Shown: positions 8,438 through 17,241 of the stretch, piece by piece
Layout of the letters: each line of letters starts with the position of its first letter
How positions within the stretch are numbered: position 1 is the stretch's first letter
Source: an uncultured SAR116 cluster alpha proteobacterium
Lineage (GTDB): Bacteria > Pseudomonadota > Alphaproteobacteria > Puniceispirillales > Marisalimonadaceae
Reading direction: 5' to 3'
DNA: 64,000 nucleotides
Assembly (NCBI GenBank): GCA_902619805.1
Contig: CACNGC010000002.1
Location: 19,538 to 83,537, forward strand
Made by a program: the position numbers and the translations under genes
Notes under the pieces: generated by a model
Told to the model about the DNA's origin: nothing
The model's input: only the letters and a program-made list of their open reading frames with translations
Database searches by the model: none

Positions 8438-9598
8438 ATGAAAAAAATAACAGATAAAAAAACTATCAGAGGTTATATTGAGGGTTATTATGGAAGACTT
8501 CTTTCATGGGAGAATAGAGAACGTATAATTAAATGTCTGTACAAAAATAATATGAACACTTATTTCTATGCCCCAAAAGAGGACATAAATCATAGATTAT
8601 GTTGGAAAAAAAATTATAGCAAAAATTGGCGTTTAAATTTTCGTAAATTCACAGACATAAGTAAAAAACATAAAATTGACATTATTGCAGGCCTTGCACC
8701 TGGGTTAGACTTTAATTTCAAACACCTAAATGAAAAATCGAAGATAAATAAAAATACAGATTTTAAAGTTCTTTTAAATAAAGCAAAACAATTACTTAAT
8801 GATGGTGCAACATCAATAGCCTTATTGTTAGATGACATTCCACCTGATTTTAAAAATAAATTTGGCGTTGATGTGTCCGAAGGAACATATCACGCAATTT
8901 TGGCGAATAAGCTTTCAAAAGAATTAGGACAAAGTATCTTCTTTGTACCAAGAATTTACGCTGACGAATTAATTCAAGATGAACCTTTTTATTTGAAAGA
9001 ATTAAGTAAGATATTGGATCCAAAAATAATTATGTTCTATTGTGGGAAAAATATTGTTTCTAAAAATTTATCAAATTATAAACTGATTAAAACAACAATA
9101 CAAAATAGAGTAATTTTTTGGGACAATTACTATTCAAATGACTATTGTCCTAGACGTCTTTTCATAGGACCTTATTATGGAAGAGAGAATATTAATGATG
9201 TAATGATAAATCCTACAGGTTTAATAAAGACGGATCTTCTGATTTTGGATATTTGCGCCAATAATTTTAGAGGTCAGAACAATTTTAGAGAATGGTCAAA
9301 GGTGTTGAAAATTCACGGCGTCCCAAAACAATTCAATAAAATAAAAAAGTTTTTTTTAAAACCAGATTTTGGTTCTAATCCTCCAGAAAAAAAAATAAAT
9401 GTTAATAGTAAAGATTTTCAAGCACTAGATTTCCTTTTGTGGAAATGGAAAGGGCATTTATCTAGAGAATGGTATCCATTCATTTTTGGGTTGAAGCAAG
9501 ATTTACAAATAAGTGAAAAACTTTTAACCTCAGAACGAAAAATTAAAACTCAAACCGTACCTCTATCTGAATTTTTAATAAAGGGAGAAGTAGAATGA
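8438..9598 (+). CDS. GH84-family beta-N-acetylglucosaminidase (O-GlcNAcase/NagJ-like catalytic domain only)
   Basis: Motif-by-motif match to the GH84 catalytic domain: GYIEGYYGR..W, YFYAPKED, APGLDF, ALLLDDIP (catalytic Asp-Asp, codons 8831-8836), IFWDNYYSNDY..RRLFIGPYYGR and INPT. ATG at 8438 is preferred; an upstream in-frame TTG lies at 8414. Confidence 0.85.
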   Translation: MKKITDKKTIRGYIEGYYGRLLSWENRERIIKCLYKNNMNTYFYAPKEDINHRLCWKKNYSKNWRLNFRKFTDISKKHKIDIIAGLAPGLDFNFKHLNEKSKINKNTDFKVLLNKAKQLLNDGATSIALLLDDIPPDFKNKFGVDVSEGTYHAILANKLSKELGQSIFFVPRIYADELIQDEPFYLKELSKILDPKIIMFYCGKNIVSKNLSNYKLIKTTIQNRVIFWDNYYSNDYCPRRLFIGPYYGRENINDVMINPTGLIKTDLLILDICANNFRGQNNFREWSKVLKIHGVPKQFNKIKKFFLKPDFGSNPPEKKINVNSKDFQALDFLLWKWKGHLSREWYPFIFGLKQDLQISEKLLTSERKIKTQTVPLSEFLIKGEVE

Positions 9599-10467
9599 CA
9601 AAAATTGGTTTTATTGGCTTAGGCAATATGGGAGCTAAAATGACACTGAACCTTCTTAAAGCTAATTATGAGGTTATTGGTTACGACATAAATAAAGAAT
9701 CTGTGAATAATCTATTGGCCAAAGGCCTTAAGCAAGCAACCAATTTAAGTCAGATCGCAAAATTTGCAGATATTGTGATTACTATGTTACCCAATGGTGA
9801 CATTGTAGAAGAAGTTTATGATAATATAATTGATGAGTTTGCACCTGGCACTCTATTTGTGGACTGCTCAACCATTGAAGTAAATAAAGCTAAGCAACTT
9901 CACATGAAATGTGAGAATAAAAACATCTTATCTCTTGATGCTCCGGTTTCGGGGGGTGTAGGTGGAGCAGAACAAGCAACATTAACATTTATGGTAGGGG
10001 GGACAGAAAAAGCTTATAAAATGATGTTACCCCTATTTGAAGTAATGGGGAAAAAATCATTGTTATGTGGTTCCTTCGGTTCAGGACAAGCAACAAAAGC
10101 ATGTAATAATATGTTGTTAGCAACTACTATGATTGGTGTAGGAGAAGCCTTTTCTTTAGGGCAGAATTTAGGTTTGGATCCAAAAAAATTATTCGAAATA
10201 TTGTCAACTTCAACTGGTTCCTGTTGGGCTATAAATAGCTATTGCCCAATAAAAGGTGTTGGGCCAGCAAGTCCAGCAGACGACGACTTTAGACCAGGTT
10301 TCTCAGCAGATCTGATGCTAAAAGATCTTACTATAGCGCTCAAGGCTATTGAAAGTACAAATACTTCAGCACCATATGGTAAAAACTCAAGAGAAAATTT
10401 TGAAAGAATGGTTAATGCAAACCAAGGATCCTTAGACTTTTCGGCTATTACAAAATTTAATAAATAA
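9595..10467 (+). CDS. mmsB: 3-hydroxyisobutyrate dehydrogenase / beta-hydroxyacid dehydrogenase family
   Basis: 290 aa. Motifs: IGFIGLGNMG, DAPVSGG, FMVGG, GSGQATKACNN and C-terminal LDFSAI. The start overlaps the GH84 stop (ATGA, 9595-9598). Confidence 0.8.
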   Translation: MTKIGFIGLGNMGAKMTLNLLKANYEVIGYDINKESVNNLLAKGLKQATNLSQIAKFADIVITMLPNGDIVEEVYDNIIDEFAPGTLFVDCSTIEVNKAKQLHMKCENKNILSLDAPVSGGVGGAEQATLTFMVGGTEKAYKMMLPLFEVMGKKSLLCGSFGSGQATKACNNMLLATTMIGVGEAFSLGQNLGLDPKKLFEILSTSTGSCWAINSYCPIKGVGPASPADDDFRPGFSADLMLKDLTIALKAIESTNTSAPYGKNSRENFERMVNANQGSLDFSAITKFNK

Positions 10468-10499
10468 AGCTATTTTAAATAGCTTTATTATTATTTTTA
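10466..10499. terminator. Candidate bidirectional intrinsic terminator between convergent mmsB and hppA
   Basis: Perfect 9-bp inverted repeat AAAGCTATT-tta-AATAGCTTT at 10466-10486, followed by the T-rich ATTATTATTTTTA. It fills the entire 32-bp convergent spacer. The stem is AT-rich (2 G:C pairs), so it is weak. Confidence 0.45.
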
Positions 10500-12506
10500 T
10501 TACACTAATAGTGGGGCTATAACTAAACTAACTATAGCCATAACGTTAATCAATATGTTCATTGACGGTCCTGATGTATCTTTTAGTGGGTCACCGACTG
10601 TATCTCCAACAACTGCTGCTTTATGAACTTCAGATCCTTTACCGCCAAAATTTCCTTTTTCCACAAACTTTTTAGCATTATCCCAAGCACCACCAGAATT
10701 TGACATCATTAAGGCCATCATAACGCAACATATGAGTGCACCACCTAACATTCCTCCAAGTGCTTTTGGACCAAGTAAAAAACCTATGATTACTGGTGAC
10801 AAAACAGCTAAAGCTCCTGGTGCTATCATCTTTCTTAAAGCGGCTCTAGTTGCAATATCTACACACCTTGCAGTATCTGGTTTAGCTTTACCCTCCAACA
10901 AACCTGGGATTTCTTTGAATTGTCTTCTAATTTCTTTAATCATATCAAAAGCAGCGTCACCAACTGCAGTCATTGTCATAGAACTAACTAAAAATGGAAA
11001 TATACCTCCTAAGAACATACCACACAATACTAATGGATCGTTAATAGCTAAGACAAAACTTTCATCAGAAATTGAAATTTTTTCTATATATGCGCTGATA
11101 AGGGCCAATGCAGCTAAAGCTGCAGCGCTTATTGCAAAACCTTTACCAATAGCTGCAGTAGTGTTTCCAACTTCATCAAGTGAATCTGTGATTTCTCTAG
11201 TTTCTTTTCCCATCTCAGACATTTCAGCAATACCTCCAGCATTGTCAGCAACTGGTCCATAAGCATCTATTGCCATAGTGATACCAACTGTACTTAACAT
11301 TCCAACTGCAGCTATACCAACTCCATACAGACCTGCGTATATATTTGATATAAAAATTATACAGACAATTGTTAAAACTGGGATTGCAACTGATTGCATA
11401 CCTGTTGCCAAACCTGATATTAAAACAGTAGCAGAACCAGTTTCTCCATCTTTAGCTATTTTTTCTATAGGGCTTCCGCCAGTATAATATTCAGTAATTA
11501 ATCCAACAACTATACCTCCAACTGAACCAACAAGCACAGCAATCCAAACACCAACAGCAACATTCATTAAATCAACCAAAAAATATGACAACACTACAAA
11601 AAGTACCGCAGATCCTATTGTACCATATCTGAGAGCTGTTTCTGCGCTTTTCGAAGAAAAAGCTTTTACAGTTAATATTCCTAACAAAGAACATATGATA
11701 CCTAAAGAGGCTAAAGCTAAAGGCATGAATTGAAGTAGGTACTGATTACCACCTAATGAGTTGATAGTAGCGCTAGTCATTGAAGCAGCCAAGGCTATGC
11801 ATGCAATCATAGATCCACAATATGACTCAAAAATATCAGAACCCATTCCAGCAACGTCTCCAACATTATCTCCAACATTATCCGCAATTACTCCAGGGTT
11901 TCTGGGGTCATCTTCAGGAATTCCTGCCTCTACCTTACCCACAAGGTCAGCTCCAACATCTGCACTTTTAGTAAATATACCACCACCTACTCTTGAAAAT
12001 AAAGCTACCGATGAAGCGCCCATTGCAAAACCCTCAATTGCATGTATTGTTTTAATGTCACCTGCAAAATAATGAAATAAAATTCCTACACCAAACAACC
12101 CCATTGCGGCTACTGTTAGTCCCATGATCGAGCCACCAAAAAAAGCTATGTTTAATGCTTCAGAAGCACCTTTTTCTTTAGCAGCAACTGCAGTTCTCAC
12201 ATTTGCCTTTGTTGCTGAATACATACCTATAAAACCTGCAGTACCTGAACACAAAGCTCCAAGCATAAACGATATAGCAGTTTGCCAGCCAAGAGAAAAA
12301 TATAATGCAACTATACATACTAAGCAAAATATAGCTAATCTCTTATACTCTGCAGACATGAAAACCATTGCACCAAGGTGTATTTCATCTCCAATTTCCT
12401 TCACACGACCTTCGCCTTCCGATGAGGACTTCACCTTCAAATATACAAAATAAGCTGACAGTAGTCCAAGAAGACCAAGTATAACTGATATTAATGAATA
12501 TGGCAT
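10500..12506 (-). CDS. hppA: Membrane-integral ion-translocating inorganic pyrophosphatase (K+-dependent-type signature)
   Basis: 668 aa, polytopic. Motifs: GGGIFTKSADVGADLVGKVE, DNVGDNVGD, GNTTAAIGKGFAI and DTVGDPLKD. Confidence 0.95.
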   Translation of the reverse strand: MPYSLISVILGLLGLLSAYFVYLKVKSSSEGEGRVKEIGDEIHLGAMVFMSAEYKRLAIFCLVCIVALYFSLGWQTAISFMLGALCSGTAGFIGMYSATKANVRTAVAAKEKGASEALNIAFFGGSIMGLTVAAMGLFGVGILFHYFAGDIKTIHAIEGFAMGASSVALFSRVGGGIFTKSADVGADLVGKVEAGIPEDDPRNPGVIADNVGDNVGDVAGMGSDIFESYCGSMIACIALAASMTSATINSLGGNQYLLQFMPLALASLGIICSLLGILTVKAFSSKSAETALRYGTIGSAVLFVVLSYFLVDLMNVAVGVWIAVLVGSVGGIVVGLITEYYTGGSPIEKIAKDGETGSATVLISGLATGMQSVAIPVLTIVCIIFISNIYAGLYGVGIAAVGMLSTVGITMAIDAYGPVADNAGGIAEMSEMGKETREITDSLDEVGNTTAAIGKGFAISAAALAALALISAYIEKISISDESFVLAINDPLVLCGMFLGGIFPFLVSSMTMTAVGDAAFDMIKEIRRQFKEIPGLLEGKAKPDTARCVDIATRAALRKMIAPGALAVLSPVIIGFLLGPKALGGMLGGALICCVMMALMMSNSGGAWDNAKKFVEKGNFGGKGSEVHKAAVVGDTVGDPLKDTSGPSMNILINVMAIVSLVIAPLLV

Positions 12507-12583
12507 TTGCTGACCCTAATTTTATTTAAAAAAGTACTTTTAATTCGATTAATTAAATCTGTAAAGTTTTATATTTTTTTTAA

Positions 12584-13123
12584 CTAGTTTTGGAATTTTA
12601 TATATGTATTACGATTTAGATTTCCTAACAAAAAAACTAAATCTTTTTTTTTCAAAGCGATACAACCTGAAGTTTTTCTATTATCTGGGAAACTACAATG
12701 AATAAAAATTGCACTACCCTTATTTCTAATTGTTGGTTCAACATTGTGGGAAGTAACAATTATTATGTCATAGGCTTCATCTTCTCGCCATAACTTTTCA
12801 TAATTTATATTAAGCGATTGAAAATCACTAATTTTTATATATTTGTTATACTTGTTACTTGTAATATCATCACACCATCCACAATTCTTTGTGATTTTAT
12901 TTACTTTTAAAACATTGTTTTTCTTGAATTTTGGTTTAAAAACTTTATCTGATCTGTAATAAATTGTTTTAAAATACCAATTCCCTACAGGTGTGGTTTT
13001 ATCACCCTCAGTTTTTTTTACAGCCTTTTTAAGACCCCCTTCACCTATTTGACATGGGAACACTTGATTACCAACTTTTAGAAAATGTTTCTTATTCAGA
13101 TTTATTACTAACCAATTTTTCAT
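12584..13123 (-). CDS. YkuD-fold L,D-transpeptidase-family protein without signal peptide (candidate cytoplasmic L,D-carboxypeptidase, ElsL-like)
   Basis: 179 aa. The catalytic-site motif GSAIFIHC...TSGCIAL is the H-x(n)-S/T-x-G-C signature of YkuD. The N-terminus MKNWLVINLNKKHF is not a signal sequence. Confidence 0.75.
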   Translation of the reverse strand: MKNWLVINLNKKHFLKVGNQVFPCQIGEGGLKKAVKKTEGDKTTPVGNWYFKTIYYRSDKVFKPKFKKNNVLKVNKITKNCGWCDDITSNKYNKYIKISDFQSLNINYEKLWREDEAYDIIIVTSHNVEPTIRNKGSAIFIHCSFPDNRKTSGCIALKKKDLVFLLGNLNRNTYIKFQN

Positions 13124-13213
13124 AGTAAATAATTATAAATAGTTTAATCAAAGAAAAAATATATTTTTACACAAAATAAGAGTAAGATTTTTTAAATTTT
13201 GGAAGATACAATT

Positions 13214-14587
13214 ATGCTAGAACAAAAACAAAGCTGGCTTCAATCAATTTTAGTTTACAAAGACTTAAGAATGTTAAAAATTTTACTTCTTGGTGCTATT
13301 AGTGGTTTCCCCTGGGTACTAATAGCCAGTAGTTTAAGCCTTTGGCTAAAAGAGGAAGGATTGAGTAGATCAACTATTGGTTGGGCAGGTTTAATTTTTG
13401 GTGTTTACGCATTTAATTATTTATGGGCTCCATTAATTGATAGAATTCAAATACCTCTGATAACAAAAAAACTAGGCCATAGAAGAGCATGGATAGTTTT
13501 AATGCAAGTCATAATTTTAATAAGTTTGATATTTTGGAGCTTTATAAACCCATCTCAAAACTTAGCTTTGTTAATTTCAGTAGGATTAGTGATTGCCGTT
13601 GCTTCAGCCACACAAGATATAACTGTTGATGCTCTAAGAATTGAACAAATAAATGAAAACGAAACGAAAGTCATGGCCGCAGGTGCTGCAATGGCAGTAG
13701 TTGGTTGGTGGACAGGATACAAATTAGGAGGTGTTTTAGCTTTATTTACAGCTGAAGTTTTTGAGAATATGGGTATTGCTGATTATTGGCAAACCACTTT
13801 CTTAGTTTTAGGAGTTGTAATAATTTTGATGAATATTGGTTTAATGTTTGTTTATGAGCCAGTTAAAACTGATAGAGAAGCAAAACAAAAAATAACTGAT
13901 AAAACAATCGCAAAAAAACTTGGATCTATTAACTTTATAAATAACTTTTTTATATATATTACTGGAACTATAGGTGGACCTATAATAAGTTTTTTTAAAA
14001 AAAATGGCTTTGCAATTGCAATAGGATTATTAAGTTTTATTTTCTTATTCAAGATTGGTGAAGCCTTTCTTGGAAGAATGTCTATAGTTTTTTATAAAGA
14101 AATTGGGTTTTCAAAAGGGCAGATTGCTATATATTCCAAAGGGCTTGGTTGGATTACAACCATTGTTTTTACATTGTTAGGTGGTGTCATGGCAATGAGA
14201 ACAGGAACAATTAAAACAATGTTCTTCGCTGGCGGATTAATGGCACTAACTAACCTTCTATTTGCTTTTTTGGCTTGGACAGGGAAATCTGAATTATTAT
14301 TTGCCGTTGCTGTTATTGCTGATGATATTTCAGCTGCGTTTGCAACAGTAGCTTTTGTTGCATTCATTTCGTTATTAGTTGATAGAACTTACACTGCTAC
14401 GCAATATGCCTTGCTTGCTTCTTTGGGAACAGCTGGCAGAACAACACTTGCTTCATCTTCAGGAACTCTAGTGGATTGGCTTAATGGAGATTGGGGAACT
14501 TTTTTTATTTTAACCACAATAATGGTAATACCTTCTTTAATTTGTTTGTGGATAATAAGAAATAAAATAAATATTAAAATAAAATAA
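13214..14587 (+). CDS. ampG: AmpG-family muropeptide MFS permease
   Basis: It aligns by eye with E. coli AmpG: YLWAPLIDR...GHRRAWI, SATQDITVDAL and ATQYALLASLGTAGR. ATG at 13214 is preferred over the TTG at 13199. Confidence 0.85.
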   Translation: MLEQKQSWLQSILVYKDLRMLKILLLGAISGFPWVLIASSLSLWLKEEGLSRSTIGWAGLIFGVYAFNYLWAPLIDRIQIPLITKKLGHRRAWIVLMQVIILISLIFWSFINPSQNLALLISVGLVIAVASATQDITVDALRIEQINENETKVMAAGAAMAVVGWWTGYKLGGVLALFTAEVFENMGIADYWQTTFLVLGVVIILMNIGLMFVYEPVKTDREAKQKITDKTIAKKLGSINFINNFFIYITGTIGGPIISFFKKNGFAIAIGLLSFIFLFKIGEAFLGRMSIVFYKEIGFSKGQIAIYSKGLGWITTIVFTLLGGVMAMRTGTIKTMFFAGGLMALTNLLFAFLAWTGKSELLFAVAVIADDISAAFATVAFVAFISLLVDRTYTATQYALLASLGTAGRTTLASSSGTLVDWLNGDWGTFFILTTIMVIPSLICLWIIRNKINIKIK

Positions 14588-14761
14588 TTAGTGTTTTACA
14601 TCACTTAATTTTAACTAATTTAGAGATTTTCTACTTGATTTTTAATTATCAAATGAATTTTTCTATAAAATTAAGACTTAGAATTTAAGAACATTAATTC
14701 TTGTTTTTATTTATAAATTGTATATTAAAAATTATGTAAATAATTCCTAAGTCTGGTTAAA

Positions 14762-16048
14762 ATGATTCTTAAATATCTATCTACTCATGAACTCAATTAT
14801 TCCAAAAGTTGGACGGATGGATGGAATAAAATTAAAGACCTAAGTAATTTTGAAAGATACATGACTTTTTTTTGGTTTCTAGGACCATTTATCTATCTTA
14901 TAGAAAGGGATCCAGCTGATATTTGGCTTACATTAATATCACTAATTTTCTTAATCAGATGTTACAAATTAAATCATTGGAATTGGTCTAAACAACTTTG
15001 GTTTAGACTTGCACTTGCTTTATGGGCTTTTAGTCTTTTTTCAGCAATTCTGAGTCCTGATCCAATTTTTTCATTTCAACAAGGTTTCGTCTGGATTAGA
15101 TTTCCATTGTATGTAGCTGCAGCACAGGTTTGGCTAGCAAAAGATCGAGATATAAGAATTATTATGTTTTTATCTATTGTAATAGCAATGTTGTTGATGT
15201 GTGCAATACTTATAAGTGAGTGTATTATAGAACCAAAAACAAGACTCACTTGGCCATATGGCGATGTTGTTCCAGGAGGGTATATAGTAAAATTTTCACT
15301 TCCTGTCTTTTGTGTATTAGTCGCGATCGCTGTTGCAAAAAAAAATAAAAGTGGGTTTTATTCTGGAATAATAGCATTAGTTTCAATTTTTGTTTCTTTT
15401 TTAACAGGGGAAAGAACTAATTTCTTGATAAGAGCCTGCAGTGGCATGTTGGGAGGATTAGTGTGGAAACCAAGATTTAATCTCTACATTTTTTTAGTTT
15501 TAATTGAATTGCTTGCAGTATTTTTTATAGCACTAAAAAAGCCAGATTTATTAGTTCGTTTTAGTTCTGAATTTGTAAGTAGAATTCCAATATTTAATAT
15601 GTCAGATAATAATGGTTATTGGGGCACTTGGCGTGGAGGTCTTCAACAAGGTTTAATTACGCCACTAAAAGGAATTGGACCCTCAGGCACAAGAAATACA
15701 TGTATAGCACTTGACACTAATCTACCAGATTGGTTGCCTGGCAAGAATAACTGTGCGAATCATCCACATAATTTTTATATTCAACTTTTTGCAGAAACTG
15801 GAATAATTGGCTTACTCTTAGGAAGTGGAATGATTATTTGTATAATTTTAGACTGTTTAAAAGCAAGAGCTCAAAATAGTAATTGTCCAATGAGCGCAAC
15901 TGCTTTTGTTGTTCCTTTAGCTTTATTTTTCCCTTTTCAACAATTTGGAAGTTTTTTTGGACAATGGGGAAATTTATTCCTTTGGTTTGCTATTGGCTTC
16001 TCTATGTCTCAATATCAAGGATGGAATAAGTCTAAATTTATAAAATAA
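14762..16048 (+). CDS. O-antigen ligase / O-antigen polymerase family (Wzy_C) membrane protein
   Basis: 428 aa, polytopic. It carries the periplasmic-loop hallmark HPHNFYIQLFAETGIIGL (H-x-H-N-x-[FY]-[LI]...E-x-G). Confidence 0.75.
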   Translation: MILKYLSTHELNYSKSWTDGWNKIKDLSNFERYMTFFWFLGPFIYLIERDPADIWLTLISLIFLIRCYKLNHWNWSKQLWFRLALALWAFSLFSAILSPDPIFSFQQGFVWIRFPLYVAAAQVWLAKDRDIRIIMFLSIVIAMLLMCAILISECIIEPKTRLTWPYGDVVPGGYIVKFSLPVFCVLVAIAVAKKNKSGFYSGIIALVSIFVSFLTGERTNFLIRACSGMLGGLVWKPRFNLYIFLVLIELLAVFFIALKKPDLLVRFSSEFVSRIPIFNMSDNNGYWGTWRGGLQQGLITPLKGIGPSGTRNTCIALDTNLPDWLPGKNNCANHPHNFYIQLFAETGIIGLLLGSGMIICIILDCLKARAQNSNCPMSATAFVVPLALFFPFQQFGSFFGQWGNLFLWFAIGFSMSQYQGWNKSKFIK

Positions 16049-17147
16049 TTTGTTTTTTAACCAAAATTTTTTTCCTAAAATCATCCAGTTTCTTTGAAGA
16101 CTCTTCTGAGGTATGCTTAAAGTTATCCCAAGATAAATTTTGCAATTTTTTAATTTTACTAGGTTTTCGTAAAAGTTTTAAAATCGTATCTTCAATCTTA
16201 TTTTGATCAATATTATCCAAAACAATACCGTTATTGTTTATTATTTCAGGAATTCCACCTACATTTGAGGTTATAATGGCAACACCATTACTCATTGCTT
16301 CCGCAACAACTAGACCAAAGGGTTCGTTCCATAAAGAAGGAATAATAATAATTGAAGCAGATTTCATTCGCCTTTGCAAAATATTTGAACTCAAGAAGCC
16401 ATCAAATATTGCTTGTTTACCAATTTTATTAAAATTTTTAATATTTTGAAGTGCATATTTAGATTGATTGCTATTTGAACCAAGATAGGTGGATCCAATC
16501 AATCTAAATTTCCAATCTGGAAAATGTTTTGCAATACCAGAAACAGCATTTACGTACAAATGAACACCCTTTTCTGGAACAAATCTACCTGAGAAAATTA
16601 TCTCCTTGATTTTCTTTGGTGGTTTTTTTGTTTTTCTTTCAACACCATTATAAATTACATGTACTTTACTATGATCATCATCTAAACCTTCTAGAAATTT
16701 TTTTTTTATGTAACTACTTACACAAAAAATATTTGTTACTTTTTTTAATAACTTTTGTCTTTGAAGTATAGTTTTTGAACCATACATGGTTTGTGGATCA
16801 TTATGAAAAAAAAGAAAAATTGGATAAACTTTTGTGCATTTTCTCACTAAATTTATCAAGTAAGGACGATTATGTATTTCAATAATTTGATCCTTGTCTC
16901 CTTCAGACAAAATAATATTACACATTTTTTTTGCTAAATTTGTATTTTTACTTCTAAAAAATAAAATAGGGTCTTTTATACCTGTAAAATTGTTTGGTAA
17001 AAGGGGATTAATAGTATCCTGACCATAAACCATAATATTATGTTTAAATTTACTATATTTATAATTATTAAAAACAGTAATTGATACTGAAGAAGCCTTA
17101 TATTTATCAAATTTTTCTTTATGAGGTAAAAGTATATTGATTTTCAA
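16038..17147 (-). CDS. Glycosyltransferase family 4 (GT-B)
   Basis: 369 aa with a TTG start. C-terminal EPFGLVVAEAMSNGVAIITSNVGGIPEII is the E-x7-E GT4 motif. Its 3' end overlaps the ligase gene by 11 nt (convergent). Confidence 0.85.
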   Translation of the reverse strand: MKINILLPHKEKFDKYKASSVSITVFNNYKYSKFKHNIMVYGQDTINPLLPNNFTGIKDPILFFRSKNTNLAKKMCNIILSEGDKDQIIEIHNRPYLINLVRKCTKVYPIFLFFHNDPQTMYGSKTILQRQKLLKKVTNIFCVSSYIKKKFLEGLDDDHSKVHVIYNGVERKTKKPPKKIKEIIFSGRFVPEKGVHLYVNAVSGIAKHFPDWKFRLIGSTYLGSNSNQSKYALQNIKNFNKIGKQAIFDGFLSSNILQRRMKSASIIIIPSLWNEPFGLVVAEAMSNGVAIITSNVGGIPEIINNNGIVLDNIDQNKIEDTILKLLRKPSKIKKLQNLSWDNFKHTSEESSKKLDDFRKKILVKKQIIL

Positions 17148-17241
17148 AATTGTTTATCTTCTTTTTCAAAAAAAATTATTTTTGTAAAATTATAAATACA
17201 TTATATGATTATTTTTAAATTTTAATATTTTAGGTAAAACT

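Noticed and set aside
10732-12453. Four long plus-strand ORFs (10732-11262, 11278-11487, 11761-12072, 12124-12453) inside the pyrophosphatase gene, together with the locally higher GC content, which could suggest a foreign island.
   Set aside because: They are antisense shadow ORFs of hppA. Their Ala/Pro/Ser/Ile-rich low-complexity translations show no motifs. The higher GC simply reflects the Gly/Ala/Val-rich composition of this highly conserved membrane protein.
14690-14725. Possible terminator after ampG (AAGAA-cattaa-TTCTT followed by GTTTTTATTT).
   Set aside because: The stem is only 5 bp and almost entirely A/T, which is too weak to call.
16698-16707. An A10/T10 homopolymer inside the GT4 glycosyltransferase gene as a possible slipped-strand phase-variation switch.
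   Set aside because: A8-A10 runs encoding Lys-Lys-Lys are frequent in this AT-rich window (e.g. near 3511, 7361, 9361, 24701), including in housekeeping genes. The tract is therefore not distinctive.
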